From contig OZ024752.1 in NCBI GenBank assembly GCA_964016885.1, forward strand, positions 23,064,001 to 23,128,000: 64,000 nt of DNA. The letters are read 5' to 3'. This DNA is from Eledone cirrhosa. Its lineage: Eukaryota. Within the stretch, counting starts at the first letter, position 1. Each line of letters opens with the position of its first letter. Both the position numbers and the translations under genes were made by a program. This document shows, piece by piece, positions 25,701 to 40,700 of this stretch. Below the pieces are notes generated by a model. It made no database searches and was not told where the DNA came from. It saw only the letters and a list, made by a program, of their open reading frames with translations.

Positions 25701-28700
25701 AACCACTGTCATTCTATCTGACGTTCTTATGACTGTCATTCTATCTGACGTTCTAACAACTGTCATTCTATCTGACGTTCTATCGGCTGTCATTCTATGT
25801 GACCTTCTAACGACTGTCATTCTATCTGACGTTCTAACCACTGTCATTCTATCTGAAGTTCTAGCGACTGTCATTCTATTTCATGTTCTAACGACTGTCA
25901 TTCTATCTGTCGTTCTAACGACTGTCCTTCTATCTTACGTTCTAACGACTGCCATTCTATCTGATGTTCTAACCAGTCATTCTATCTGACGTTCTAGCGA
26001 CTGCTATTCCATCTGACGTTCTAACGACTGTCATTCTATCTGACGTTCTAGCGACTGTCATTCTACATCACGTTCTAACCACTGTCATTCTATCTGACGT
26101 TCTAGTGACTGTCATTCTATCTGAATTTCTAACGTCTGTCATTTGATCTGATGTTCTAACGACTGTCATTCTATCTGACAGTCTAACGACTGCCATTCTA
26201 TCTGATGTTCTAACCAGTCATTCTTTCTGACGTTCTAGCGACTGCCATTCCATCTGACGTTCTAACGACTGTCATTCTATCTGACGTTCTAGCGACTGTC
26301 ATTCTATCTCACGTTCTAACCACTGTCATTCTATATGACGTTCTAGTGACTGTCATTCTATCTGAATTTCTAATGTCTGTCATTTGATCTGATGTTCTAA
26401 CGACTGTCATTCTATCTGACGTTCTAACGACTGTCATTCTATTTGCTGTTCTAGAGACTGTCATTCTATCTGACGTTCTAACAACTGTCATTCTATCTGA
26501 CGTTCTATCGGCTGTCATTCTATGTGACCTTCTAACGACTGTCATTCTATCTGACGTTCTAACCACTGTCATTCTATCTGAAGTTCTAGCGACTGTCATT
26601 CTATTTGATGTTCTAACGACTGTCATTCTATCTGACGTTCTAACGACTGCCATTCTATCTGATGTTCTAACCAGTCATTCCATCTGACGTTCTAGCGACT
26701 GCCATTCCATCTGACGTTCTAACGACTGTCATTCTATCTGCCGTTTTAGAGACTGTCGTTCTATCTTACGTTCTAACAACTGTCATTCTATCTGATGTTC
26801 TAACGACTGTCATACTATCTGACGTTCTAGCGACTGTCATTCTATCTGACTTTCTAACCACTGTCATTCTATCTGACGTTCTAGTGACTGTCATTCTATC
26901 TGAATTTCTAACGACTGTCATTCTATCTGACGTTCTAACGTCTGTCATTTGATCTGATGTTCTAACGACTGTCATTCTATCTGACGTTCTAACGACTGTT
27001 ATTCTATCTGACGTTCTAGCGTCTGTCATTCTATCTGAGTTCTAACGAGTGTCATTCTATCTGACGTCCTAGCGACAGTCATTCTATCTGTCGTTCTAAC
27101 CACTGTCATTCTGACGTTCTAGCGACTGTCATTTTCTCTAACGTTCTAGTGACTGTCATTCTATCTGACTTTCTAACGACTGTCATTCTATCTGACATTC
27201 TAGCGACTGTCATTCTATCTGACGTTCTCATGACTGTCATTCTATCTGACGTTCTAGAAACTGTCAATCTCTCTAACGTTCTAGCGATTGTCATTCTATC
27301 TGACGTTCTAACGACTATCATTCTATCTGACATTCTAGCGACTGTCATTCTATCTGACGTTCTAACGACTGCCATTCTATCTGACATTCTAACGACTGTC
27401 GTTCTATCTGACGTTCTAGCGACTGTCATTCTATCTGACGTTCTAACGACTGCCATTCTATCTGACGTTCTAACCAGTCATTCTATCTGACCTTCTAGCG
27501 ACTGTCATTCCATCTGACGTTCTAGCGACTGTCATTCTATCTGATTTTCTAACCACTGTCATTCTATCTGACGTTCTAGCGACTGTCATTCTATCTGCCG
27601 TTCTAGAGACTGTCATTCTATCTGACGTTCTAACAACTGTCATTCTATCTGACGTTCTATCGGCTGTCATTCTATGTGACCTTCTAACGACTGTCATTCT
27701 ATCTGACGTTCTAGCGACTGTCAATCTATCTGATGTTCTAGCGACTGTCATTCTATCTGACGTTCTAACCACTGTCATTCTATCTGACGTTCTAGCGACT
27801 GTCATTCTATCTAACGTTCTAACGACTGTAATTCTATCTGACTTTCTAACGACTGTCATTCTATCTTACGTTCAAACCCATGTCATTCTATCTGACGTTC
27901 TAACGACTGTCATTCTAACTGAAGTTCTAGCGACTGTCATTCTATTTCACGTTCTAACGACTGTCATTCTATCTGACATTCTAGCGATTGTCATTCTATC
28001 TGACGTTCTAACAACTGTCATTCTATCTGACGTTCTAATGACTGTCATTCTATCTGACATTCTAGCAACTGACATTCTATCTGAAGTTCTAACGACTGTC
28101 ATTCTATCTGACGTTCTGGCAAATGTCATTTTATCTGATGTTCTAGCGACCGTCATTCTATCTGCCGTTCTAAGGACTGTCGTTCTATCTAACGTTCTAG
28201 CTATTGTCATTCTATCTGACATTCTAACGACTGTCATTTTATCAGACGTTCTAACGGCTGTCATTCTATCTGACGTTCTAACGACTGTCATTCTATCTGA
28301 CCTTCTAGCAAATGTCATTCTATCTGACGTTCTAACGACTGTCATTGTATCTGACGTTCTGGCGACTGTCATTCTATCTGACGTTCTAACGCATGTCATT
28401 CTATTTGACGTTCTGACGACTGCCATTCTACCTGACGTTCTAACCACTGTCATTCTATCTGACATTCTAGCGACTGTCATTCTATCTGAGGTTCTAACGA
28501 CTGCCATTCTATCTGACGTTCTAACGCCTGTCATTCTATCTGACGTTCTAGCGACTGTCATTCTATCTTACGTTCTATCGACTGTCATTCTATCTGATGT
28601 TCTAGCGACTGTCATTCTATCTGACGTTCTAACCACTGTCATTCTATCTGACGTTCTAGCGACTGTCATTCTATCTGACGTTCTAACGACTGTCATTCTA

Positions 28701-31700
28701 TCTGACATTCTAGCGATTGTCATTCTATCTGACGTTCTAACAACTGTCATTCTATCTGACGTTCTAATGACTGTCATTCTATCTGACATTCTAGCAACTG
28801 TCATTCTATCTGAAGTTCTAACGATTGTCATTCTATCTGACGTTCTGGCGACTGTCATTCTATCTGACGTTTTAACCAGTCATTCTATCTGACGTTCTTA
28901 TGACTGTCATTCTATCTGACGTTCTAGCGACTGTCAATCTATCTAACGTTCTAGCGATTGTCATTCTATCTGACGTTCTAACGACTGTCATTTTATCAGA
29001 CGTTCTAACGGCTGTCATTCTATCTGACGTTCTAACGACTGTCATTCTATTTGACCTTCTAGCAACTCTCATTCTATCTGACGTTCTAACGACTGTCATT
29101 CTATCTGACGTTCTGGCAACTGTCATTCTATCTGACGTTCAAGCGACTGTCATTCTATCTGACGTTCTAACGACTGTCATTCTATCTGCCGTTCTAGAGA
29201 CTGTCATTCTATCTGACGTTCTAACAACTGTCATTCTATCTGACGTTCTATCGGCTGTCATTCTATGTGACCTTCTAACGACTGTCATTCTATCTGACGT
29301 TCTAGCGACTGTCATTCTATCTGATGTTCTAGCGACTGTCATTCTATCTGACGTTCTAACCACTGTCATTCTATCTGACGTTCTAGCAACTGTCATTCTA
29401 TCTAAAGTTCTAACGACTGTAATTCTATCTGACTTTCTAACGACTGTCATTCTATCTTACGTTCTAACCAATGTCATTCTATCTGACGTTCTAACGACTG
29501 TCATTCTAACTGAAGTTCTAGCGACTGTCATTCTATTTCACGTTCTAACGACTGTCATTCTATCTGACATTCTAGCGATTGTCATTCTATCTGACGTTCT
29601 AGCTATTGTCATTCTATCTGAGGTTCTAATGACTGTCATTCTATCTGACATTCTAGCAACTGACATTCTATCTGAAGTTCTAACGACTGTCATTCTATCT
29701 GACGTTCTGGCAACTCTCATTTTATCTGACGTTCTAACCACTGTCATTCTATCTGACGTTCTAGCGACCGTCATTATATTTGATGTTCTAACGACTGTCA
29801 TTCTATCTGCCGTTCTAAGGACTGTCGTTCTATCTAACGTTCTAGCAACTGTCATTCTATCTGACGTTCTGGCGACTGTCATTTTATCTGACGATCTAAC
29901 GCCTGTCATTCTATTTGACGTTCTAACGACTGTCATTGTATCTGACGTTCTAACCACTGTCATTCTATCTGACGTTCTAACGACTGTCATTCTATCTGAC
30001 ATTCTAGCGACTGTCATTCTATCTGACGTTCTAACGACTGCCATTCTATCTGACGTTCTAACCAGTCATTCTATCTGGCGTTCTAGCGACTGTCATTCTG
30101 TTTGCTGTTCTAGAGACTGTCATTCTATCTGACGTTCTAACAACTGTCATTCTATCTGACGTTCTATCGGCTGTCATTCTATGTGACCTTCTAACGACTG
30201 TCATTCTATCTGACGTTCTAACCACTGTCATTCTATCTGAAGTTCTAGCGACTGTCATTCTATTTGATGTTCTAACGACTGTCATTCTATCTGTCGTTCT
30301 AACGACTGTCCTTCTATCTTACGTTCTAACGACTGCCATTCTATCTGATGTTCTAACCAGTCATTCTATCTGACGTTCTAGCGACTGCTATTCCATCTGA
30401 CGTTCTAACGACTGTCATTCTATCTGACGTTCTAACGACTGCCATTCTATCTGACGTTCTAACCAGTCATTCTATCTGACCTTCTAGCGACTGTCATTCC
30501 ATCTGACGTTCTAGCGACTGTCATTCTATCTGATTTTCTAACCACTGTCATTCTATCTGACGTTCTAACGACTATCATTCTATCTGACATTCTAGCGACT
30601 GTCATTCTATCTGACGTTCTAACGACTGCCATTCTATCTGACATTCTAACGCCTGTCATTCTATCTGACGTTCTAGCGACTGTCATTCTATCTGACGTTC
30701 TAACGACTGCCATTCTATCTGACGTTCTATCGGCTGTCATTCTATGTGACCTTTTAACGACTGTCATTCTATCTGCCGTTCTAACGACTGTCGTTCTATC
30801 TGACGTTCTAGCGACTGTCATTCTATCTGACGTTCTAACGACTGCCATTCTATCTGACGTTCTAACCAGTCATTCTATCTGACCTTCTAGCGACTGTCAT
30901 TCCATCTGACGTTCTAGCGACTGTCATTCTATCTGATTTTCTAACCACTGTCATTCTATCTGACGTTCTAGCGACTGTCATTCTATCTGCCGTTCTAGAG
31001 ACTGTCATTCTATCTGACGTTCTAACAACTGTCATTCTATCTGACGTTCTATCGGCTGTCATTCTATGTGACCTTCTAACGACTGTCATTCTATCTGACG
31101 TTCTAGCGACTGTCAATCTATCTGATGTTCTAGCGACTGTCATTCTATCTGACGTTCTAACCACTGTCATTCTATCTGACGTTCTAGCGACTGTCATTCT
31201 ATCTAACGTTCTAACGACTGTAATTCTATCTGACTTTCTAACGACTGTCATTCTATCTGACGTTCAAACCCATGTCATTCTATCTGACGTTCTAACGACT
31301 GTCATTCTAACTGAAGTTCTAGCGACTGTCATTCTATTTCACGTTCTAACGACTGTCATTCTATCTGACATTCTAGCGATTGTCATTCTATCTGACGTTC
31401 TAACAACTGTCATTCTATCTGACGTTCTAATGACTGTCATTCTATCTGACATTCTAGCAACTGACATTCTATCTGAAGTTCTAACGACTGTCATTCTATC
31501 TGACGTTCTGGCAAATGTCATTTTATCTGATGTTCTAGCGACCGTCATTCTATCTGCCGTTCTAAGGACTGTCGTTCTATCTAACGTTCTAGCTATTGTC
31601 ATTCTATCTGACATTCTAACGACTGTCATTTTATCAGACGTTCTAACGGCTGTCATTCTATCTGACGTTCTAACGACTGTCATTCTATCTGACCTTCTAG

Positions 31701-34700
31701 CAAATGTCATTCTATCTGACGTTCTAACGACTGTCATTGTATCTGACGTTCTGGCGACTGTCATTCTATCTGACGTTCTAACGCATGTCATTCTATTTGA
31801 CGTTCTGACGACTGCCATTCTACCTGACGTTCTAACCACTGTCATTCTATCTGACATTCTAGCGACTGTCATTCTATCTGAGGTTCTAACGACTGCCATT
31901 CTATCTGACGTTCTAACGCCTGTCATTCTATCTGACGTTCTAGCGACTGTCATTCTATCTTACGTTCTATCGACTGTCATTCTATCTGATGTTCTAGCGA
32001 CTGTCATTCTATCTGACGTTCTAACCACTGTCATTCTATCTGACGTTCTAGCGACTGTCATTCTATCTGACGTTCTAACGACTGTCATTCTATCTGACAT
32101 TCTAGCGATTGTCATTCTATCTGACGTTCTAACAACTGTCATTCTATCTGACGTTCTAATGACTGTCATTCTATCTGACATTCTAGCAACTGTCATTCTA
32201 TCTGAAGTTCTAACGATTGTCATTCTATCTGACGTTCTGGCGACTGTCATTCTATCTGACGTTTTAACCAGTCATTCTATCTGACGTTCTTATGACTGTC
32301 ATTCTATCTGACGTTCTAGCGACTGTCAATCTATCTAACGTTCTAGCGATTGTCATTCTATCTGACGTTCTAACGACTGTCATTTTATCAGACGTTCTAA
32401 CGGCTGTCATTCTATCTGACGTTCTAACGACTGTCATTCTATTTGACCTTCTAGCAACTCTCATTCTATCTGACGTTCTAACGACTGTCATTCTATCTGA
32501 CGTTCTGGCAACTGTCATTCTATCTGACGTTCAAGCGACTGTCATTCTATCTGACGTTCTAACGACTGTCATTCTATCTGCCGTTCTAGAGACTGTCATT
32601 CAATCTGACGTTCTAACAACTGTCATTCTATCTGACGTTCTATCGGCTGTCATTCTATGTGACCTTCTAACGACTGTCATTCTATCTGACGTTCTAGCGA
32701 CTGTCATTCTATCTGATGTTCTAGCGACTGTCATTCTATCTGACGTTCTAACCACTGTCATTCTATCTGACGTTCTAGCAACTGTCATTCTATCTAAAGT
32801 TCTAACGACTGTAATTCTATCTGACTTTCTAACGACTGTCATTCTATCTTACGTTCTAACCAATGTCATTCTATCTGACGTTCTAACGACTGTCATTCTA
32901 ACTGAAGTTCTAGCGACTGTCATTCTATTTCACGTTCTAACGACTGTCATTCTATCTGACATTCTAGCGATTGTCATTCTATCTGACGTTCTAGCTATTG
33001 TCATTCTATCTGAGGTTCTAATGACTGTCATTCTATCTGACATTCTAGCAACTGACATTCTATCTGAAGTTCTAACGACTGTCATTCTATCTGACGTTCT
33101 GGCAACTCTCATTTTATCTGACGTTCTAACCACTGTCATTCTATCTGACGTTCTAGCGACCGTCATTATATTTGATGTTCTAACGACTGACATTCTATCT
33201 GCCGTTCTAAGGACTGTCGTTCTATCTAACGTTCTAGCAACTGTCATTCTATCTGACGATCTAACGCCTGTCATTCTATTTGACGTTCTAACGACTGTCA
33301 TTGTATCTGACGTTCTAACCACTGTCATTCTATCTGACGTTCTAACGACTGTCATTCTACCTGACATTCTAGCGACTGTCATTCTATCTGACGTTCTAAC
33401 GACTGCCATTCTATCTGACGTTCTAACCAGTCATTCTATCTGGCGTTCTAGCGACTGTCATTCTGTTTGCTGTTCTAGAGACTGTCATTCTATCTGACGT
33501 TCTAACAACTGTCATTCTATCTGACGTTCTATCGGCTGTCATTCTATGTGACCTTCTAACGACTGTCATTCTATCTGACGTTCTAACCACTGTCATTCTA
33601 TCTGAAGTTCTAGCGACTGTCATTCTATTTGATGTTCTAACGACTGTCATTCTATCTGTCGTTCTAACGACTGTCCTTCTATCTTACGTTCTAACGACTG
33701 CCATTCTATCTGATGTTCTAACCAGTCATTCTATCTGACGTTCTAGCGACTGCTATTCCATCTGACGTTCTAACGACTGTCATTCTATCTGACGTTCTAA
33801 CGACTGCCATTCTATCTGACGTTCTAACCAGTCATTCTATCTGACCTTCTAGCGACTGTCATTCCATCTGACGTTCTAGCGACTGTCATTCTATCTGATT
33901 TTCTAACCACTGTCATTCTATCTGACGTTCTAACGACTGTCATTCTATCTGCCGTTCTAGAGACTGTCATTCTATCTGACGTTCTAACAACTGTCATTCT
34001 ATCTGACGTTCTATCGGCTGTCATTCTATGTGACCTTCTAACGACTGTCATTCTATCTGACGTTCTAGCGACTGTCAATCTATCTGATGTTCTAGCGACT
34101 GTCATTCTATCTGACGTTCTAACCACTGTCATTCTATCTGACGTTCTAGCGACTGTCATTCTATCTAACGTTCTAACGACTGTAATTCTATCTGACTTTC
34201 TAACGACTGTCATTCTATCTTACGTTCAAACCCATGTCATTCTATCTGACGTTCTAACGACTGTCATTCTAACTGAAGTTCTAGCGACTGTCATTCTATT
34301 TCACGTTCTAACGACTGTCATTCTATCTGACATTCTAGCGATTGTCATTCTATCTGACGTTCTAACAACTGTCATTCTATCTGACGTTCTAATGACTGTC
34401 ATTCTATCTGACATTCTAGCAACTGACATTCTATCTGAAGTTCTAACGACTGTCATTCTATCTGACGTTCTGGCAAATGTCATTTTATCTGATGTTCTAG
34501 CGACCGTCATTCTATCTGCCGTTCTAAGGACTGTCGTTCTATCTAACGTTCTAGCTATTGTCATTCTATCTGACGTTCTAACGACTGTCATTTTATCAGA
34601 CGTTCTAACGGCTGTCATTCTATCTGACGTTCTAACGACTGTCATTCTATCTGACCTTCTAGCAAATGTCATTCTATCTGACGTTCTAACGACTGTCATT

Positions 34701-37700
34701 GTATCTGACGTTCTAGCGACTGTCATTCTATCTGACGTTCTAACGCATGTCATTCTATTTGACGTTCTGACGACTGCCATTCTACCTGACGTTCTAACCA
34801 CTGTCATTCTATCTGACGTTCTAACGACTGTCATTCTATCTGACATTCTAGCGACTGTCATTCTATCTGAGGTTCTAACGACTGCCATTCTATCTGACGT
34901 TCTAACGCCTGTCATTCTATCTGACGTTCTAGCGACTGTCATTCTATCTTACGTTCTATCGACTGTCATTCTATCTGATGTTCTAGCGACTGTCATTCTA
35001 TCTGACGTTCTAACCACTGTCATTCTATCTGACGTTCTAGCGACTGTCATTCTATCTGACGTTCTAACGACTGTTTATTCTATCTGACATTCTAGCGATT
35101 GTCATTCTATCTGACGTTCTAACAACTGTCATTCTATCTGACGTTCTAATGACTGTCATTCTATCTGACATTCTAGCAACTGTCATTCTATCTGAAGTTC
35201 TAACGACTGTCATTTTATCTGACGTTCTGGCGACTGTCATTCTATCTGACGTTTTAACCAGTCATTCTATCTGACGTTCTTATGACTGTCATTCTATCTG
35301 ACGTTCTAGCGACTGTCAATCTATCTAACGTTCTAGCGATTGTCATTCTATCTGACGTTCTAACGACTGTCATTTTATCAGACGTTCTAACGGCTGTCAT
35401 TCTATCTGACGTTCTAACGACTGTCATTCTATTTGACCTTCTAGCAACTCTCATTCTATCTGACGTTCTAACGACTGTCATTCTATCTGACGTTCTGGCG
35501 ACTGTCATTCTATTTGACATTCTAGCGACTGTCATTCTATCTGACGTTCTAACGACTGCCATTTTATCTGACGTTCTGACGCCTGTCATTCTATCTGACG
35601 TTCTAACCACTGTCATTCTATCTGAAGTTCTAGCGACTGTCATTCTATTTGATGTTCTAACGACTGTCATTCTATCTGTCGTTCTAACGACTGTCCTTCT
35701 ATCTTACGTTCTAACGACTGCCATTCTATCTGATGTTCTAACCAGTCATTCTATCTGACGTTCTAGCGACTGCTATTCCATCTGACGTTCTAACGACTGT
35801 CATTCTATCTGACGTTCTAACGACTGCCATTCTATCTGACGTTCTAACCAGTCATTCTATCTGACCTTCTAGCGACTGTCATTCCATCTGACGTTCTAGC
35901 GACTGTCATTCTATCTGATTTTCTAACCACTGTCATTCTATCTGACGTTCTAACGACTGTCATTCTATCTGCCGTTCTAGAGACTGTCATTCTATCTGAC
36001 GTTCTAACAACTGTCATTCTATCTGACGTTCTATCGGCTGTCATTCTATGTGACCTTCTAACGACTGTCATTCTATCTGACGTTCTAGCGACTGTCAATC
36101 TATCTGATGTTCTAGCGACTGTCATTCTATCTGACGTTCTAACCACTGTCATTCTATCTGACGTTCTAGCGACTGTCATTCTATCTAACGTTCTAACGAC
36201 TGTAATTCTATCTGACTTTCTAACGACTGTCATTCTATCTTACGTTCAAACCCATGTCATTCTATCTGACGTTCTAACGACTGTCATTCTAACTGAAGTT
36301 CTAGCGACTGTCATTCTATTTCACGTTCTAACGACTGTCATTCTATCTGACATTCTAGCGATTGTCATTCTATCTGACGTTCTAACAACTGTCATTCTAT
36401 CTGACGTTCTAATGACTGTCATTCTATCTGACATTCTAGCAACTGACATTCTATCTGAAGTTCTAACGACTGTCATTCTATCTGACGTTCTGGCAAATGT
36501 CATTTTATCTGATGTTCTAGCGACCGTCATTCTATCTGCCGTTCTAAGGACTGTCGTTCTATCTAACGTTCTAGCTATTGTCATTCTATCTGACGTTCTA
36601 ACGACTGTCATTTTATCAGACGTTCTAACGGCTGTCATTCTATCTGACGTTCTAACGACTGTCATTCTATCTGACCTTCTAGCAAATGTCATTCTATCTG
36701 ACGTTCTAACGACTGTCATTGTATCTGACGTTCTAGCGACTGTCATTCTATCTGACGTTCTAACGCATGTCATTCTATTTGACGTTCTGACGACTGCCAT
36801 TCTACCTGACGTTCTAACCACTGTCATTCTATCTGACGTTCTAACGACTGTCATTCTATCTGACATTCTAGCGACTGTCATTCTATCTGAGGTTCTAACG
36901 ACTGCCATTCTATCTGACGTTCTAACGCCTGTCATTCTATCTGACGTTCTAGCGACTGTCATTCTATCTTACGTTCTATCGACTGTCATTCTATCTGATG
37001 TTCTAGCGACTGTCATTCTATCTGACGTTCTAACCACTGTCATTCTATCTGACGTTCTAGCGACTGTCATTCTATCTGACGTTCTAACGACTGTTTATTC
37101 TATCTGACATTCTAGCGATTGTCATTCTATCTGACGTTCTAACAACTGTCATTCTATCTGACGTTCTAATGACTGTCATTCTATCTGACATTCTAGCAAC
37201 TGTCATTCTATCTGAAGTTCTAACGACTGTCATTTTATCTGACGTTCTGGCGACTGTCATTCTATCTGACGTTTTAACCAGTCATTCTATCTGACGTTCT
37301 TATGACTGTCATTCTATCTGACGTTCTAGCGACTGTCAATCTATCTAACGTTCTAGCGATTGTCATTCTATCTGACGTTCTAACGACTGTCATTTTATCA
37401 GACGTTCTAACGGCTGTCATTCTATCTGACGTTCTAACGACTGTCATTCTATTTGACCTTCTAGCAACTCTCATTCTATCTGACGTTCTAACGACTGTCA
37501 TTCTATCTGACGTTCTGGCGACTGTCATTCTATTTGACATTCTAGCGACTGTCATTCTATCTGACGTTCTAACGACTGCCATTTTATCTGACGTTCTGAC
37601 GCCTGTCATTCTATCTGACGTTCAAGCGACTGTCATTCTATCTGACGTTCTAACGACTGTCATTCTATCTGCCGTTCTAGAGACTGTCATTCTATCTGAC

Positions 37701-40700
37701 GTTCTAACAACTGTCATTCTATCTGACGTTCTATCGGCTGTCATTCTATGTGACCTTCTAACGACTGTCATTCTATCTGACGTTCTAGCGACTGTCATTC
37801 TATCTGATGTTCTAGCGACTGTCATTCTATCTGACGTTCTAACCACTGTCATTCTATCTGACGTTCTAGCAACTGTCATTCTATCTAACGTTCTAACGAC
37901 TGTAATTCTATCTGACTTTCTAACGACTGTCATTCTATCTTACGTTCTAACCAATGTCATTCTATCTGACGTTCTAACGACTGTCATTCTAACTGAAGTT
38001 CTAGCGACTGTCATTCTATTTCACGTTCTAACGACTGTCATTCTATCTGACATTCTAGCGATTGTCATTCTATCTGACGTTCTAGCTATTGTCATTCTAT
38101 CTGAGGTTCTAATGACTGTCATTCTATCTGACATTCTAGCAACTGACATTCTATCTGAAGTTCTAACGACTGTCATTCTATCTGACGTTCTGGCAACTCT
38201 CATTTTATCTGACGTTCTAACCACTGTCATTCTATCTGACGTTCTAGCGACCGTCATTATATTTGATGTTCTAACGACTGTCATTCTATCTGCCGTTCTA
38301 AGGACTGTCGTTCTATCTAACGTTCTAGCAACTGTCATTCTATCTGACGTTCTGGCGACTGTCATTTTATCTGACGATCTAACGCCTGTCATTCTATTTG
38401 ACGTTCTAACGACTGTCATTGTATCTGACGTTCTAACCACTGTCATTCTATCTGACGTTCTAACGACTGTCATTCTATCTGACATTCTAGCGACTGTCAT
38501 TCTATCTGACGTTCTAACGACTGCCATTCTATCTGACGTTCTAACCAGTCATTATATCTGGCGTTCTAGCGACTGTCATTCTATCTGACGTTCTAACGAC
38601 TGTCATTCTGTTTGCTGTTCTAGAGACTGTCATTCTATCTGACGTTCTAACAACTGTCATTCTATCTGACGTTCTATCGGCTGTCATTCTATGTGACCTT
38701 CTAACGACTGTCATTCTATCTGACGTTCTAACCACTGTCATTCTATCTGAAGTTCTAGCGACTGTCATTCTATTTGATGTTCTAACGACTGTCATTCTAT
38801 CTGTCGTTCTAACGACTGTCCTTCTATCTTACGTTCTAACGACTGCCATTCTATCTGATGTTCTAACCAGTCATTCTATCTGACGTTCTAGCGACTGCTA
38901 TTCCATCTGACGTTCTAACGACTGTCATTCTATCTGACGTTCTAGCGACTGTCATTCTATCTCACGTTCTAACCACTGTCATTCTATCTGACGTTCTAGT
39001 GACTGTCATTCTATCTGAATTTCTAACGTCTGTCATTTGATCTGATGTTCTAACGACTGTCATTCTATCTGACAGTCTAACGACTGCCATTCTATCTGAT
39101 GTTCTAACCAGTCATTCTTTCTGACGTTCTAGAGACTGCCATTCCATCTGACGTTCTAACGACTGTCATTCTATCTGACGTTCTAGCGACTGTCATTCTA
39201 TCTCACGTTCTAACCACTGTCATTCTATATGACGTTCTAGTGACTGTCATTTTATCTGAATTTCTAATGTCTGTCATTTGATCCGATGTTCTAACGACTG
39301 TCATTCTATCTGACGTTCTAACGACTGTCATTCTATTTGCTGTTCTAGAGACTGTCATTCTATCTGACGTTCTAACAACTGTCATTCTATCTGACGTTCT
39401 ATCGGCTGTCATTCTATGTGACCTTCTAACGACTGTCATTCTATCTGACGTTCTAACCACTGTCATTCTATCTGAAGTTCTAGCGACTGTCATTCTATTT
39501 GATGTTCTAACGACTGTCATTCTATCTGACGTTCTAACGACTGCCATTCTATCTGATGTTCTAACCAGTCATTCCATCTGACGTTCTAGCGACTGCCATT
39601 CCATCTGACGTTCTAACGACTGTCATTCTATCTGCCGTTTTAGAGACTGTCGTTCTATCTTACGTTCTAACAACTGTCATTCTATCTGATGTTCTAACGA
39701 CTGTCATACTATCTGACGTTCTAGCGACTGTCATTCTATCTGACTTTCTAACCACTGTCATTCTATCTGACGTTCTAGTGACTGTCATTCTATCTGAATT
39801 TCTAACGACTGTCATTCTATCTGACGTTCTAACGTCTGTCATTTGATCTGATGTTCTAACGACTGTCATTCTATCTGACGTTCTAACGACTGTTATTCTA
39901 TCTGACGTTCTAGCGTCTGTCATTCTATCTGAGTTCTAACGAGTGTCATTCTATCTGACGTCCTAGCGACAGTCATTCTATCTGTCGTTCTAACCACTGT
40001 CATTCTGACGTTCTAGCGACTGTCATTTTCTCTAACGTTCTAGTGACTGTCATTCTATCTGACTTTCTAACGACTGTCATTCTATCTGACATTCTAGCGA
40101 CTGTCATTCTATCTGACGTTCTCATGACTGTCATTCTATCTGACGTTCTAGAAACTGTCAATCTCTCTAACGTTCTAGCGATTGTCATTCTATCTGACGT
40201 TCTAACGACTATCATTCTATCTGACATTCTAGCGACTGTCATTCTATCTGACGTTCTAACGACTGCCATTCTATCTGACATTCTAACGCCTGTCATTCTA
40301 TCTGACGTTCTAGCGACTGTCATTCTATCTGACGTTCTAACGACTGCCATTCTATCTGACGTTCTATCGGCTGTCATTCTATGTGACCTTTTAACGACTG
40401 TCATTCTATCTGCCGTTCTAACGACTGTCGTTCTATCTGACGTTCTAGCGACTGTCATTCTATCTGACGTTCTAACGACTGCCATTCTATCTGACGTTCT
40501 AACCAGTCATTCTATCTGAACTTCTAGCGACTGTCATTACATCTGACGTTCTAGCGACTGTCATTCTATCTGATTTTCTAACCACTGTCATTCTATCTGA
40601 CGTTCTAGCGACTGTCATTCTATCTGCCGTTCTAGAGACTGTCATTTTATCTGACGTTCTAACAACTGTCATTCTATCTGACGTTCTATCGGCTGTCATT